A stretch of 64,000 nt of DNA from Phoronis australis (Eukaryota > Animalia > Phoronida), in assembly GCA_002633005.1 (NCBI GenBank), contig NMRA01000007.1:1448416-1512415 (forward strand), written 5' to 3'. Below the pieces are notes generated by a model that worked only from the letters and a program-made list of their open reading frames with translations, had not been told where the DNA came from and did not search any database. The translations under genes and the position numbers were made by a program. Of the stretch, positions 12,683 to 25,500 are shown piece after piece (within the stretch, counting starts at the first letter, position 1; every line of letters begins with the position of its first letter).

Positions 12683-15600
12683 GGCTTAACAGGTGCAGAA
12701 TCAGTAATCAGTGTCAGTCAGTGGTTAGACACAGCCTTGGGAGAGATATCTAAAATTCACAAATAATACTGTAGTCAGTCTACATTGAAATTAAAATCAA
12801 GCCAACACTATGCAAAAATGCAGAGGATATAATCAGAGATGGGGGAGGGAAATGTGCTAGTACTACAGATCCTAAAACAAACAAGTACATGTGTACAAGG
12901 CTGATGAACAGCAATGAATAAGTACACATATGACATGCACATTGACACTGAAGTCCCCCACAGAAAAAATAAACCCACATCTACTACTAAGCTTAGTATA
13001 AAATCAATTTCTCATCACACAAATCAAATTCAGGCTATGTCTTGTTGAAAGTCTATTGATCATGAACTTATTTTGGTCTGCAACAGTAAAGCCAATTTAA
13101 GGACTAAGCTTTCTCCACGTGACACCCAGAAATTGCAGCAACATTTTCACAAAAAAAAACATTGGATAGCATGCTTTAAAGAGAAAACTTATAAATACTT
13201 TTTTGACTTGCACACAAGTCCCAAGTGTTGATACAATGCAATCTACCGGTATATTATTATTATTATATTCTTTTTTTGCCCCGTCAATCAGGTACAGATA
13301 TACACTAACTGCTGGATACTCTCACAGTCTCGCAAATTCTCTGTAGTGATTGCCAGTGAATGACTGGTTCTCAGATCATAGGCTGGTGAGTTGTCCAATA
13401 CACTATACCAAATGCTACCGCACAGGGTAACCGATGATTTCAGATTTCACAGTGCCAAATTAGAGCTAGTGAGAACGACAATTATCTACTTAATTCACAC
13501 ATAAAAAATTATTTTGGGGAAAATTGACAAAATAGAATTTCACTCGTCAGCCATATTATGCATTTAATTAGTAAAACAACTGCCATAGTTCGACACAAAA
13601 AAGTACAAGCCTAAGCATTCAGACAAAATTACGCGGAATTCTCAAACAGCTCAGCAGAACCCTAATTCATCATCAGAACAGAGAATGAAGGGGAACTGAC
13701 AGAAAAGTTAGTGAGGTAGCTGAGCCATGCTGCAATTAGAACTTAACCCCATAATAGAATATTTCCCATTGTTTTGCACTGTATATCAAATCCAACAGCA
13801 GAGGGTATTATATGATTTCATTGTTTACTTAGTAGCCAAATACCAAAAGGATGAAGCAGGATATCCAGACATAGGATGCAGCAAATGAGGAAAATGTTTG
13901 TTTAATCCCTAGAAACACAACCCAAACACCATTTTTCATTATTTGATGAAAAGAAATTTCTCTAAGTCTGTTGTTTTGTAATCAAATTTTAAATAGAAAT
14001 TTGCACACACGTGTCTGGCGAATAGCTCGAACCCTAATGGTTTTTGGTTGAAATCAGACACAAGATGGCATTGTGGCAGCCATTTTTTAACTTTTTGATT
14101 TGAGGAGCCATAGCCCTCTCTCCCTGGGATTTTTCGAAACTTTAATGAGTGAATAGATAGCATTAGTTAATGCCACCCATTTTTCACTATAATTTAGTAT
14201 TCTCAACTTATTCAATGTGCCATATCTCAGGCGTCCCTTGACAGATTATCTGAAATTTGATATCCGGATAGATCTTGTCAAGCGCTATTCGCAATATGAA
14301 GCCCGGTTCTTGCACCGACTAACCATTCTCACGATATTCAAGATTTGCAGATGACTGTTACGTAATTATTGACATATTCCTTGCTGCACGTTTTAGTCTA
14401 CCTTATTCATGCTACAGGTAAAATATTTTGTCTGATCGACATGAAATTTACTTAAGTAAACAGTATTTATCTCGCCAATACCTCATTATTTTGTATTTTT
14501 CCATTTTTAGGAGAAATATGGGAAATTGTGTAGGAAGCTCAAAAAACAAGCATCCAGGCATTAATTACATGGTATTGTAATATCATTATGTACGCCAAAA
14601 TAGCGGGACATTCTTATAATGTGCATCACGTTAAAAAAGCAGGACGTTCCGATGCTGTAGCTTCAAAAAGCGGACAGTGCAGCCAAAATTGCCACTTGGT
14701 AACTACCATATGTGTTTATTGATATTGTGGAACAGAAAAGTGATTGCTGTAACTATTAGCTGAAATATTTACTGATCACGGCGCATTGTTGGGTGTTGCA
14801 GCACATAAGACAACAAGGAGTTCCAAAACATGTTCTTTGATCTAGAGTATACTAGATATATCCGACAAGGCATCGATGGACTTGGCATATTGGCTGATCT
14901 TACGTTGCCGACATTGTCATGTTTTGAGTTTTAGTTAGAAACAAAAACAAATTCCCAGTAACTGTAATGAAAGCACATAGATTGTAAGATTCTTACAGAA
15001 CACGAGTAAATTAGTCCATCCGTGTAGAAGCAAATACATATAAAATCCCATTTATAGGTCATGTTGTTGTGCTTGAACTTGTAATTATGATTTATCTCAA
15101 GTTAGCGAATACTTGAACTTTATATTTTAGTTTTTATTTAAGCCATCGGGCGAAACTTGTCGTTCAGTCTCAACTGCAATTAACACACTGTTTCGTAGTC
15201 CCAGGTATAAAGAATTTTTGTAATTATTGAAACCACAATCACTCAATTTCTTCTTTACTGGAGGAATGGTTTTGGTTGGGTCCTAGGAGTAATAAAATGA
15301 AGGTGAATAAGGGATTGCCAATAACTCAATAAACTGAAAAAACCAATAAAAGTTGGTTAAAATTTACACTATTTTATTATTATGCAATTTATCTTTAGTG
15401 CAGAGCAATTTTTTTGTCAACATGAATGTGATTACCAAGTGAACTTGGCAATGTATTCTTGGGATCAAGCACTAGCCTACCAAGTTTTGCATTAACACAC
15501 ACTGCACACTAAATTCAATGTAGCCTACAAAACTTGAAAGCTCAAACACTGAATAAGTCATTCTGTCGACTCATAATTGTTAGCTGCCTGTACATAAATA

Positions 15601-15845
15601 TATATTCATGGGCAGTGTTATTACTATTTTATAATCTTGTACAACAATGGTCTTATTAGTTACATGAATGGAAACCACGAGTGGTCTTCCAAGCTAAAAA
15701 TACAGACGATCATGTGTACGTCGCCTGATCAGAACCCAAAAACTGAGGCGAGGGAACCGTGCCAACAGCGGCCTAGGCTTGTACCCAGGTATTTAGGACA
15801 GAAAATAAGTTATAAATAACTTAAAATGTTCTCGGCAATAAATAC

Positions 15846-16030
15846 CTCGTTATCTTTGTTCGTTCCGTCGTTGAAGACTCCCGAATGTTGTTGATGTTTT
15901 GAGTACTGAAGAAACATTTGTACAGAACCAGTAAACGTCCAGTGGGATAAATGTGTGACCTAAATAGTCATTTCCTTTCGTATGGAAATGACAGACAAAA
16001 CGTGATGTTTCATTGGCCAATACAACGGCA
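15846..16030 (-). promoter_or_regulatory. Possible promoter and non-coding first exon for the pyruvate kinase / PTB-SH2 unit
   Basis: Donor-like GAG|GTATTT at 15845, with an overlapping ATTGG/CCAAT (16012-16021) and ACGTG (16000-16004) upstream. These are short motifs only. Confidence 0.25.
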
Positions 16031-17987
16031 TGACCTCTTGCACAGTCGTTGACCTTTTTACGGATAGCGTCTGAGACGCCACACACGAAACAAATTGTGG
16101 GATACCGGTCATCCAAAGCAGCAACGCTTGATCACTCAACCGCAAAAACTTCTCCATGCGGTGATGGACAATGATTCCTATGAATGCGCAGTTAGGGAGG
16201 ATTGGCCATCACTTCCAAATTTGACCAATGACATTTCCTTTTCACGCGAGGAACACTATCGCCCCCTCTTTTGATGGTAGGGTACATCAAATTGCTACCA
16301 CGGAATGGGTAATTTAGTAGGGACCAATAACTGTCACAGCAATATTTCAAAATAAACAGAAACGTTGTTTTAAAAAGTTTAAAGCACATTTTTTAGTTGT
16401 AACGATAAGAGAGACAATCTCATTTGAGAAATAATTACCCCTCGGGTAGAAAGTAACATGTCAAAAGTGAACAGGTAACAGTGTGAAAATATTGACTACT
16501 CTATTTGTACATCTCGATAACTTTTTATTTTTCAAGTAATTTAGCCTAATTTCAATTAACGAATACTAAGACAAAATTGAGAATGTACGGATTTTGGGGA
16601 CATTTTTGTGCAACCAGATGCAAAGTTCATGATTCGTTTTGATTTTTATCTAAATACTAAATTCAGTATAATTTGAATTTTAACCGCTTCAGTCACCAAA
16701 CTCGGGTCCAGCAAATTAAGCTGCACATCACTCTATTTAATCCCTCCTTTTTATTTTTATGTAGTTCACTATTTATGTTTTACTCTTGTTTATTTTTTCA
16801 TTTTGTCCGCACCCATGAGCCTAAAAAATGGGATGTTCGAATTTTTGAGAATGTACACCTTTTAATAAGATTCAAGAGAGAGAGTTAGAGCTATGAATTC
16901 TGCAGTCGCCGAATTTTGGTTGTCTCTGCCTTTTTAATGGACTTTTGTCTCGTTTAATACTTTTTCCGGTCTTTTTCTTTCTCCGAGGCGGACCTTTTGT
17001 CCGCTTCGCAAAATGGCGGGCTTATTCGAGCCCCCACCGCGCGCGCTTGATTTTATTTGCTTTCCATGCCAAGTTTCCAGTTGTTTTTCATAGATTGCAT
17101 TTATCTTTTATTGTTTATTTACCGTGCCTGTTTGTCGTCTCTAGTCCTATGCATATTCCCCGGCATCCTGTCGCTCGATTATTTTATCTATTGTTACCTA
17201 CAGGTACTTTATCAACTGCCTCCATGTGTCGTGGCGTCGGTATTTTAACCTAATAATTATCGAGGAAGGGCATACGCCTGTAACGTTTTCGACCAAAGGC
17301 AAGTGTCTTTTTTACTGATGTCGCATTATGTTATAATTTTCAGTTATATATACTAGATCATTATATTTCCAGCCAGTAGGCATGATCATTTTCCACAAGT
17401 CGTTTTTACAGTTTATGCCCGTCACTATATATAGACCCAAGGCTATACGATGAGTCAAGCTGCGACTACGTCCGGAAGTTGGCGCATGCACTGTGGATGG
17501 AATTTCTAAATTATTATGTAAGTGGAACTATCCGCCACAATAATCCATCTGATATTAAAGCTACAAAATCACAACTAAATTGACCTGAGAGCAATTTCAT
17601 ATGTGTAAATGATCCAAATCAAAAGCAGTTTTTTGTGACGGAGTGAGGTGGGTTTACAGCTCATTGGGACCAAATACTCGTTTTTGGGACTATTGTTGGC
17701 CGGTGGGATAGACTTTTTGAAGTTATTAGCTTTGACCAGAGCTATAAAACAACAAAATGCGTTGATTTTGTTATTTTATTACAAATCGCCAATTCGTACT
17801 GCTGTCTGTCAGGCATTCGCTCAAGTCGAGACAGCGGATGTCTTAGTAAACATTAATTGCTATTTCACCCCAGGGATTTGGCTTAGCGCTGGGTAGACAG
17901 TTCAGCTTTATGCTATGGCGGGTCAGTGTATTCGGTTCTGTGCGACTCTACACGTGACTCCCAACGGGAGGTCTAACTGTGGCAGTT

Positions 17988-18063
17988 TTCACTTCACTAG
18001 TCTGTCGATGCAGAGTAGAAAAAAATTCACTTCACCAGTCTGTCGATGCAGAGTAGAAAAAAA
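17988..18063. repeat. 38-bp tandem duplication
   Basis: ttcacttcac(t/c)agtctgtcgatgcagagtagaaaaaaa occurs twice in tandem. Confidence 0.8.
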
Positions 18064-21000
18064 TAGAACCCTGGCCTGGGCATGGGTTCTATGCAGCTAT
18101 ATGAAAAAACAGACATGCATATCGAAGCAAGCATGTGAACGCCGTCTGCTCACCAATGGTTCGATGTAGACCAGAGTGTTGCACACGTAATACCCAAATA
18201 AGTTCCTATATAGCGAAGCAGTGTATATTATCAATAAGCGACTGAAATATTTATTATTTTGGAACTATAGCGCCCTGCAGTTAGAACTGCGATTTCAGCT
18301 GTCGTGTGAATGGCTGCGGACACGAGCGACCGAAAGTGTTTACCCGAAATACGTCTATTGTAAAAAAAGATTGGCAATACAAAATTTCGTCAGACGCACG
18401 AAATTATAGTGATATTCGTAACAGAAAGACGACCAGAAAAAAGAACTCACCTTTTTATCTTCTGTTTACAAAAAACGGAACACTAGTTATGAGCTTTCTT
18501 CTTCGAAATTTAGAATTTTCTTTAAAAATACTTTTGACCCCCCACTGCCCTTAAATTGAACATGTTCTGTGACGTTTTCTTATTGTGATTACTCTTTTTT
18601 ACTCGAAACTTCGTAATCACTTTTATCGGTAGCCTTGGTACAAAACTGTAAACTAAAGTGTAGCTTTATTTTGACGACAGTCTTCATACAGCCAGCTAGG
18701 TGACGGGGTTTGGCAAGGACAACTGACGCCAGTGAACAGTTCCAAGGAGGATTTTACAAGACCAATGGTACACCTGAATACCAGAGAATGTAAAGCGGTA
18801 GTGGGGAGACATGTGCAGAAAGAACAACATCGGTAAAAATTATTGACTAACTGACTGATTTGCGTTAAAAAATTTCTGTGACATTTTTAACAATATAAAA
18901 AAGGTTTTACTCATTTTATTTAAAACTGAAACTTCCCAAAACGAACCCAGTTCAAAGCGGTTATTATAACGGTTCCTGTAAATTTTGATTTAGACGGCAA
19001 AGGATTCATTGACTGATGTCAGACGAGAAACGATTTTTGGTTGAGACTTGAGAGTTCGTTATTTTTCTCGATGAGACACGCTGTGACAAGTGAACTAATT
19101 TTAGAGTCAGGACTCGAGCAATAACGAACATTCAGATCTTTAGTAGCCCAGAAACCATAATTTGAGATCAATTTCACAATGGTCGGGTAAAGGTCTAAGC
19201 AAAGTTGTCTTTGTTAAAGGCAGCTTTAGCCGCCTCAACCAGACGTCAACATTTTTCAGAATAAATAGAATTAAATCATTGAGAATTTGAACGATTCCGA
19301 ACTTACATGTTTTAGAAAAGATGATAACGAAACACAAATACGTAACAAACAGTTGTAATCTAAGAGACGTATCCCGATTTCCGTGACAGCGTTCAAGTGA
19401 CGGAAAGACGGTGTATTAGAAACAATGATTAACTCCCATGAGTTTGAAAACAGCGAATTCCGGTTTCCAGGATTTGTCTATAACCCCATTTCAGTGTACC
19501 GGAAAATGATTTACAGAACGACATGGAAGTCAAAAAATGCACCAACACTTCAAGTGCTTTCTGCAGATGTCCAACATTGTGTTTCATTGTATTCGATCAG
19601 GCACACACCGTTCCAATTTTCAGTTGCTAGCACTGACAACAGAGGAGACAACAAAAAACCTTCCTAACCTATTCAAGTACTAAGTCTAACGCTGGGTGGA
19701 CAAATTTTAGCAAGCAGCTACAGACATACATGTACGCGACTATATATTTACAAACACTCCTTGATTTTTAGGCCACTTACCGTAACGAAGTTGGTCTCAA
19801 AATTCAGGATGCAATTTTAAGGGTTCGAAAGAATTGGCAGTTTGTTAGTACTGGAGACCAGGCTGTGCAAGTTGCAAGTCTTCTCACGTATCATTTGACG
19901 TTGATGCGCCGAGTTCAGTCGTTGCAAACCCATAAACCACATAACACCTGAGTAAGGAACAAGTTTAGGCAATTTGATAGCCGTAAGTAGCAAATGAACA
20001 GTTCAGTTCTTGCGGGGGCAGAACATTTGTTATAGCATGGCCCACAGAATCTAATTCCCTTTCAATGACAGCAGGCTGATGAGCACTTCGGATCTATTGC
20101 ATACTAAAAGCATTATGACTTTTTAAAATTGTTTATTGAATGAAATACAGCAAAATCAAACCCCCATTATCAACCCCCACAGACGCATTCCTTACCACCA
20201 AACAACTTGCGAGAAATATTCCCTTACAGCACGGTGTACTAGGTGTATTTGCCGGCTAATTCAACATTCCAACCTTGCCGCCTTATGGACCTATGCTTCA
20301 GTAATGTCCTGATTTTCTACAGCAGAACTCGTTACAAGGTAAGCTACCATGTTTAAAGGGCTAGATTTTTCGGAAGTACATACCTTCATCATTATAGCAT
20401 ACAATGGCATATTTCACAAATCCTTTGACTTCATTATAATGAGTTTCGACTATAGTATACACGCAAGTATATCCCCATACTCACGAAACACTCGCCTTCT
20501 CATGTGATTTCATGTTGTCTCCTGCGATCTCGCAAAAAAATAGGCTCTATGGAAAGTACGTCTTATTTTTTGCACTAACTCCTGTATATAACTCCCAACA
20601 ACGTTTCCAATCATACTACACTTGGCTGATACTGGTAAAATAAAACCCAAACTGAACGTTTAACAGAAGAGTCCAAAACAAAACACCCCAAAGGATATTT
20701 GGAAACAGTTCAGCTAGACCTCCAACTACATGACAAAAATACAGTCACTGACAAAACAGGCAACAGGTACAGCAACAAGTCAGCGCTAAATAACATATGG
20801 CAAGCTTTCAACAGTCACATGTCTTATACAGACATTTTAAGATGCATTTTATAACTGAATTCGTATTTAATCCAGTTGAATATGACAACCCAATATTCTC
20901 AGATTCCATATATGGTACATCAACTTCGAACAGCTTAAACCTCAGGTGAACCTGGAATGAACACAGGACCACAAGCCTATAGACTTTGCAAAGAAATAAC

Positions 21001-22501
21001 TTAAGTAATTATCCATTATAAACAAGTGAAGTATTATAAAAAAAAACATGGAAATTGACCCGCATGTTGAGTAACAGCAGAAAACTATAAAAAAAACACA
21101 AACAATAATTCTAAAAGCTATTAACAACACCTGATCACAGCCCACACGAGTTCAACTGCAAACACCAGAACTAGACTTTCTTACACAATTCAATCAAAAT
21201 GACAGAAACTTAGTCTCACATTCAGACTGTTAGTATTACAGCCTGCTTCGATCTGTGTTATGTAGGTATTTCAACAATTCAAACTGTCTCTCATTACTTT
21301 CATTTTGGGAATTTTTTCTCAGACAATTATTTATTCAATTGCATGCTGTTCTCATTTCGATAACCTTAATGAGCCATGGAGGTAGTACAGATGCACTGTA
21401 AACCAAAATAAAGCGTTGCGCTCGAGTGACATTGTGAGCAGTGGGCATAGTGATCACAACCTGCGTTTATCACCTGGATTATGATTTAAGTTGCATTATT
21501 CAAGGTAGGGACAGCATATTTTTTATGCTTTTAGTTGATTTAAATTCACCAGTTAACCTCATCTTTGACTGACTTGTCAAGAACCAGATAACAGATGTGT
21601 TCACCAGACTAATGTTAATAGAGTTATGAAGCGGGACAAGGTAAAAACTCTTACATAATAATTATCATCTACCTCAGTTGAAAGGTAAAAAATATCATAG
21701 TTAAAAAAGAAGCAACTTATCATAACAAACTTGTCTCAACAACATTACCCAAATATTTTACAGCTTTGACATTGGAAATAGCACAGCTTATAAGAAAACA
21801 GACCTACACTCTATCATAGTGCTAAAAAATGTTGTTGAACATGGCTTCTCATTGGTTAAAGTAATGAAACCACATCATAACATTCAGTCATTCCCATTAC
21901 CGTAGTTGAAATTTGGGAAACCCCTTTCCGTTTACTGTTTCCAAGTACGGCGCCACCTTTGACTTTAATAGCTGTATTTTATTAAAGTGGGCAGTGATCA
22001 AAGTAATTTAAAGAAAACCAGGTGGCTTAAGCCCAAACAGGTACAAGGCATAAAGGTGTGTGCAAGTGGTGATGATGCTTCCGACTTAAGTATGCGCATT
22101 GATGCCCACACACGGAATTCCGTGTGTTGTTCATCATAACAGGGCCACTTTTCAGTATAGGTGGCGCTGTGTCAGAGGGTACATACAGAACCCTCACTCC
22201 GGGTAAGTGCATCAAGTATAGTGTATCCTCGTAATAGTGTAATAAAACGAGCCTCGTTATAATGAAAAGTGGACCTTACTACACGGCAAAACTAACATGA
22301 GCTGGATACAACCGCATCTAGATTATATCTGAGTTAGGTGAAACCTTACCAGGGCCTAGCACATAAACTACAAGAACTGTACCACAGAGCTGTGTCCCAG
22401 TTAGCTGTGCGACTTATACAAGTTTTACTCTATAAGATTCCTAATTGAGGCGCTAAGCCTAAAGCATCCCTTCTCTGGTTAGTGCGGAAGATTCATAGCA
22501 G

Positions 22502-25500
22502 TTACTCTGTTGACAAGTCACTTGGAAGGAACTGCTTCAACATGTTGGAGAGGGTGACCAACGATTCTTGCAGTCCTTGAGGTTGGTTAATGGTCAGCCA
22601 CATTGTGCGGTACTGGTCAATCAGACCTAGGAGTCTGCAATGGAGAAACAAGACAAACATGAAACTATCCGAATGGGTACGGCTAAAATCCCACCAACTC
22701 AAGTCACAATATGGCAGACACGTGAAAGTTTATTTTAGTAAAATTCTCATGGAAGAAAAATAGTACCAAATAAATGATAATCTTCTTTATCAAGTGCTAT
22801 ACCACCAGACAATTTTTTGAGTCAGAGTTTATGGGCAATCATAACACCCTTAGAAACCCTTGAAAAATGAACAAGATTATTATTTTTTGGCAATTAATTT
22901 TACTTTAATTGCAGAGTTTTTGCCGAATTATTACCAGATAGATGTAGATATGAACTTCACTTGCAAATCTAACTGCCAGATGACAACTATTCAATAACTA
23001 GTTTAACTGTACAAATGTATCTTGTGTTAGGGACAGTGGGAAATTAATCATTTTTCTCAAGGCAGGATAAAAAGGCAATGCTGGTTGTCCCAAATTCAAG
23101 AATTACGACAAAGACAAATTTTGTGGTGGCAGCTACTTTCAACGATTTTCTCTCAGACTTTCTTCATACAAAATGCAGTGTCCAATATTTGAGAAATATG
23201 ACAAACACCAAAATTACCCATGTTCCTATTTTCAAAATCAAGAAAAATTAATTTTTGGCTTGAATTTCTGTGTCCCAAATTTTAAAGGGAGTCGAAACTG
23301 GAGATTTTTTAACATAAATAATGTAAGGTCAAAATAATAAATACTACTAACCTATTGGCAAGATCTGTCTTGATTGTGGCAGGAAGATTGTTGACGCCCA
23401 GGTTAACAACAGGGTGTGCAGCTGCCATGGTACCGGGGTTTTTACCTGTGTTCATCAATGCACGACCAACCCTGGCGAAACAAATAACAAACGATGAGGA
23501 AATCGCCAAAAATTAAAAATTGTGTTCTCTACTACTGACAAAATATCACGTGCTTCAGTAAAATTGCTGATGACACCCAAAAGGTTCGTGCCGAATAAGA
23601 AATCCTCTTACATGAAGATTGGAAACACATTGCACGAGTTAATCAACCCAACTTTAGAAATGTCAGGGACTCACACACCTCTGTGCTAAGTGAAAATAGT
23701 AGTTGATGTGGTTGAAAGAAAACACCTAGACAACACTAATTTCTTTGTCTGTGGAAAAAAAAATAAGTTACGAGTTAATTTCAACATTGCTACATGCAAA
23801 AATGTACTTGCTTTAAAGGTGTAATAAACCAGCTTCGTTCTTCAAAAAACACATCTTGCTACTAACAATTTTTCCTTACTCAGATCGGAAATGATTTCTT
23901 GGCTGTAGGAGATCTGACAGTCTAACATATGTATCAGGCTATTAGCTAATTACAGTTGCTAGTCACAGCAGTAAGTTTCAGGCATTTACTTATAACCAAT
24001 TTTAATGCCATGACATTGACCTGAAAGAGCAAAAACACCTCTGACGAAAGATATCATTTAAAACAAGAGCAACGCAGAGCGTTGAAATGCGCCCACAATT
24101 GCACCGCATACGGTATCCTTCTAGGGTTGTTTATTGGTACCATAAAGTGGCCAGTAGAGGGCATATATGTAGTATGTTGTACTTTGCAAAATGGAAAGGC
24201 ATGGTCCTTGTCTCCTCAATAGGCTAGGGGCAAAATGTGAGTAATCTTCATAATACAAGCACATCCTATACACCAGTTGCTTAAAGCACCACAGAAACAT
24301 AGAATTAAAAACAAATTTACCAACATACGAGATTAGCACAGCATTAGAATGCCAGAAACAAATTTCTACTTGGAACTTTTCCTTCACAGTCACGAAGTAA
24401 CACAAAGTATACACCTGAAGACCTATGAAAATACAGAGGTCAATGTAAAATACTAAAATTGCCACTAGAGGCAAATACTAAAATTGCCACTAGAGGCATA
24501 CCGGTAATCAGAATCATCCTAAAGTCGTCATCGTCCGTTGTCAACATCACATAAATACACTTGCTAAATTTAGTAAAGATCCTGCAAACGGTTTGGGAGA
24601 TACAGCCATGGGCGCAAAAAAACAAAACTGCCACTAGGAGGCGCCACAGTAGTCCAAATCGTCTGAAAATCATTGTCAGCTGTCTTCCTTATAGTAAGCA
24701 CATACACGCCAATTTTCACAATCATCCTTTGAGCGGTTTGGTTGATAGAGGGGTGGACGCAAAAATACAGACTCGAAAACAGTAAAAATGGCCACTAGGT
24801 GGCGCAAACTACGTCGAATCCATCTGAAAACAGTAGGATAGCGTCATCTCACTAATAGGTGCCTACATACCAAATTTCATGAAAATCCGTTCAGGACTTT
24901 TGAAGATACAAAGGTAAGCGTAAAAAACTAAAATTGCCACTAGGGGGCACACCGGTAGTCGGATCCGTCCGAAAGTTCGCACATGCCGTCCCATTCATGA
25001 ATGGAACATATGTGCCCAATTTCATGAACGTATGTTAAAGGGTTTTGGAGATAGAGCAGCGGACGCCGGACGGACGCCGCCCGGACGGACGGACGGACGG
25101 ACGGACAGAGATGACGGCATAATGCGTCCACATATAAATATGTGGGCGCATAACCAGAACATGGCTTGCAGCAGCTTTGAGAAGAAGCGAGATTCATTAA
25201 ACCTGTAACAGACAAAAACCACTGCAAAAGAAACCACTGAGTGAGAACTTACCAACAACAATAGGTCACATGTCAGTTGTAGCTCGCTCAACATCTGCAT
25301 ACCAGGTAAACACAGTAGACTAGACTTACCCACAGGCACACAACAATAGATCACATGTCAGTTGTAACTCCCTCAACAAAACAAAGTAGATTAGACTACA
25401 GGCTAACAACAACCAGTCATATGTCAGTTGTAGCTTGCTCAACATATGGATGCCATGTAAATATTGTCAACTACACCTACCTACAGGCACACAACATCAG

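Noticed and set aside
16940-17500. GC-richer patch with AAAATGGCG and CCGGAAGT/GCGCATGC promoter-like motifs
   Set aside because: No gene could be assigned to it; the motifs are short and may be repeat-derived.
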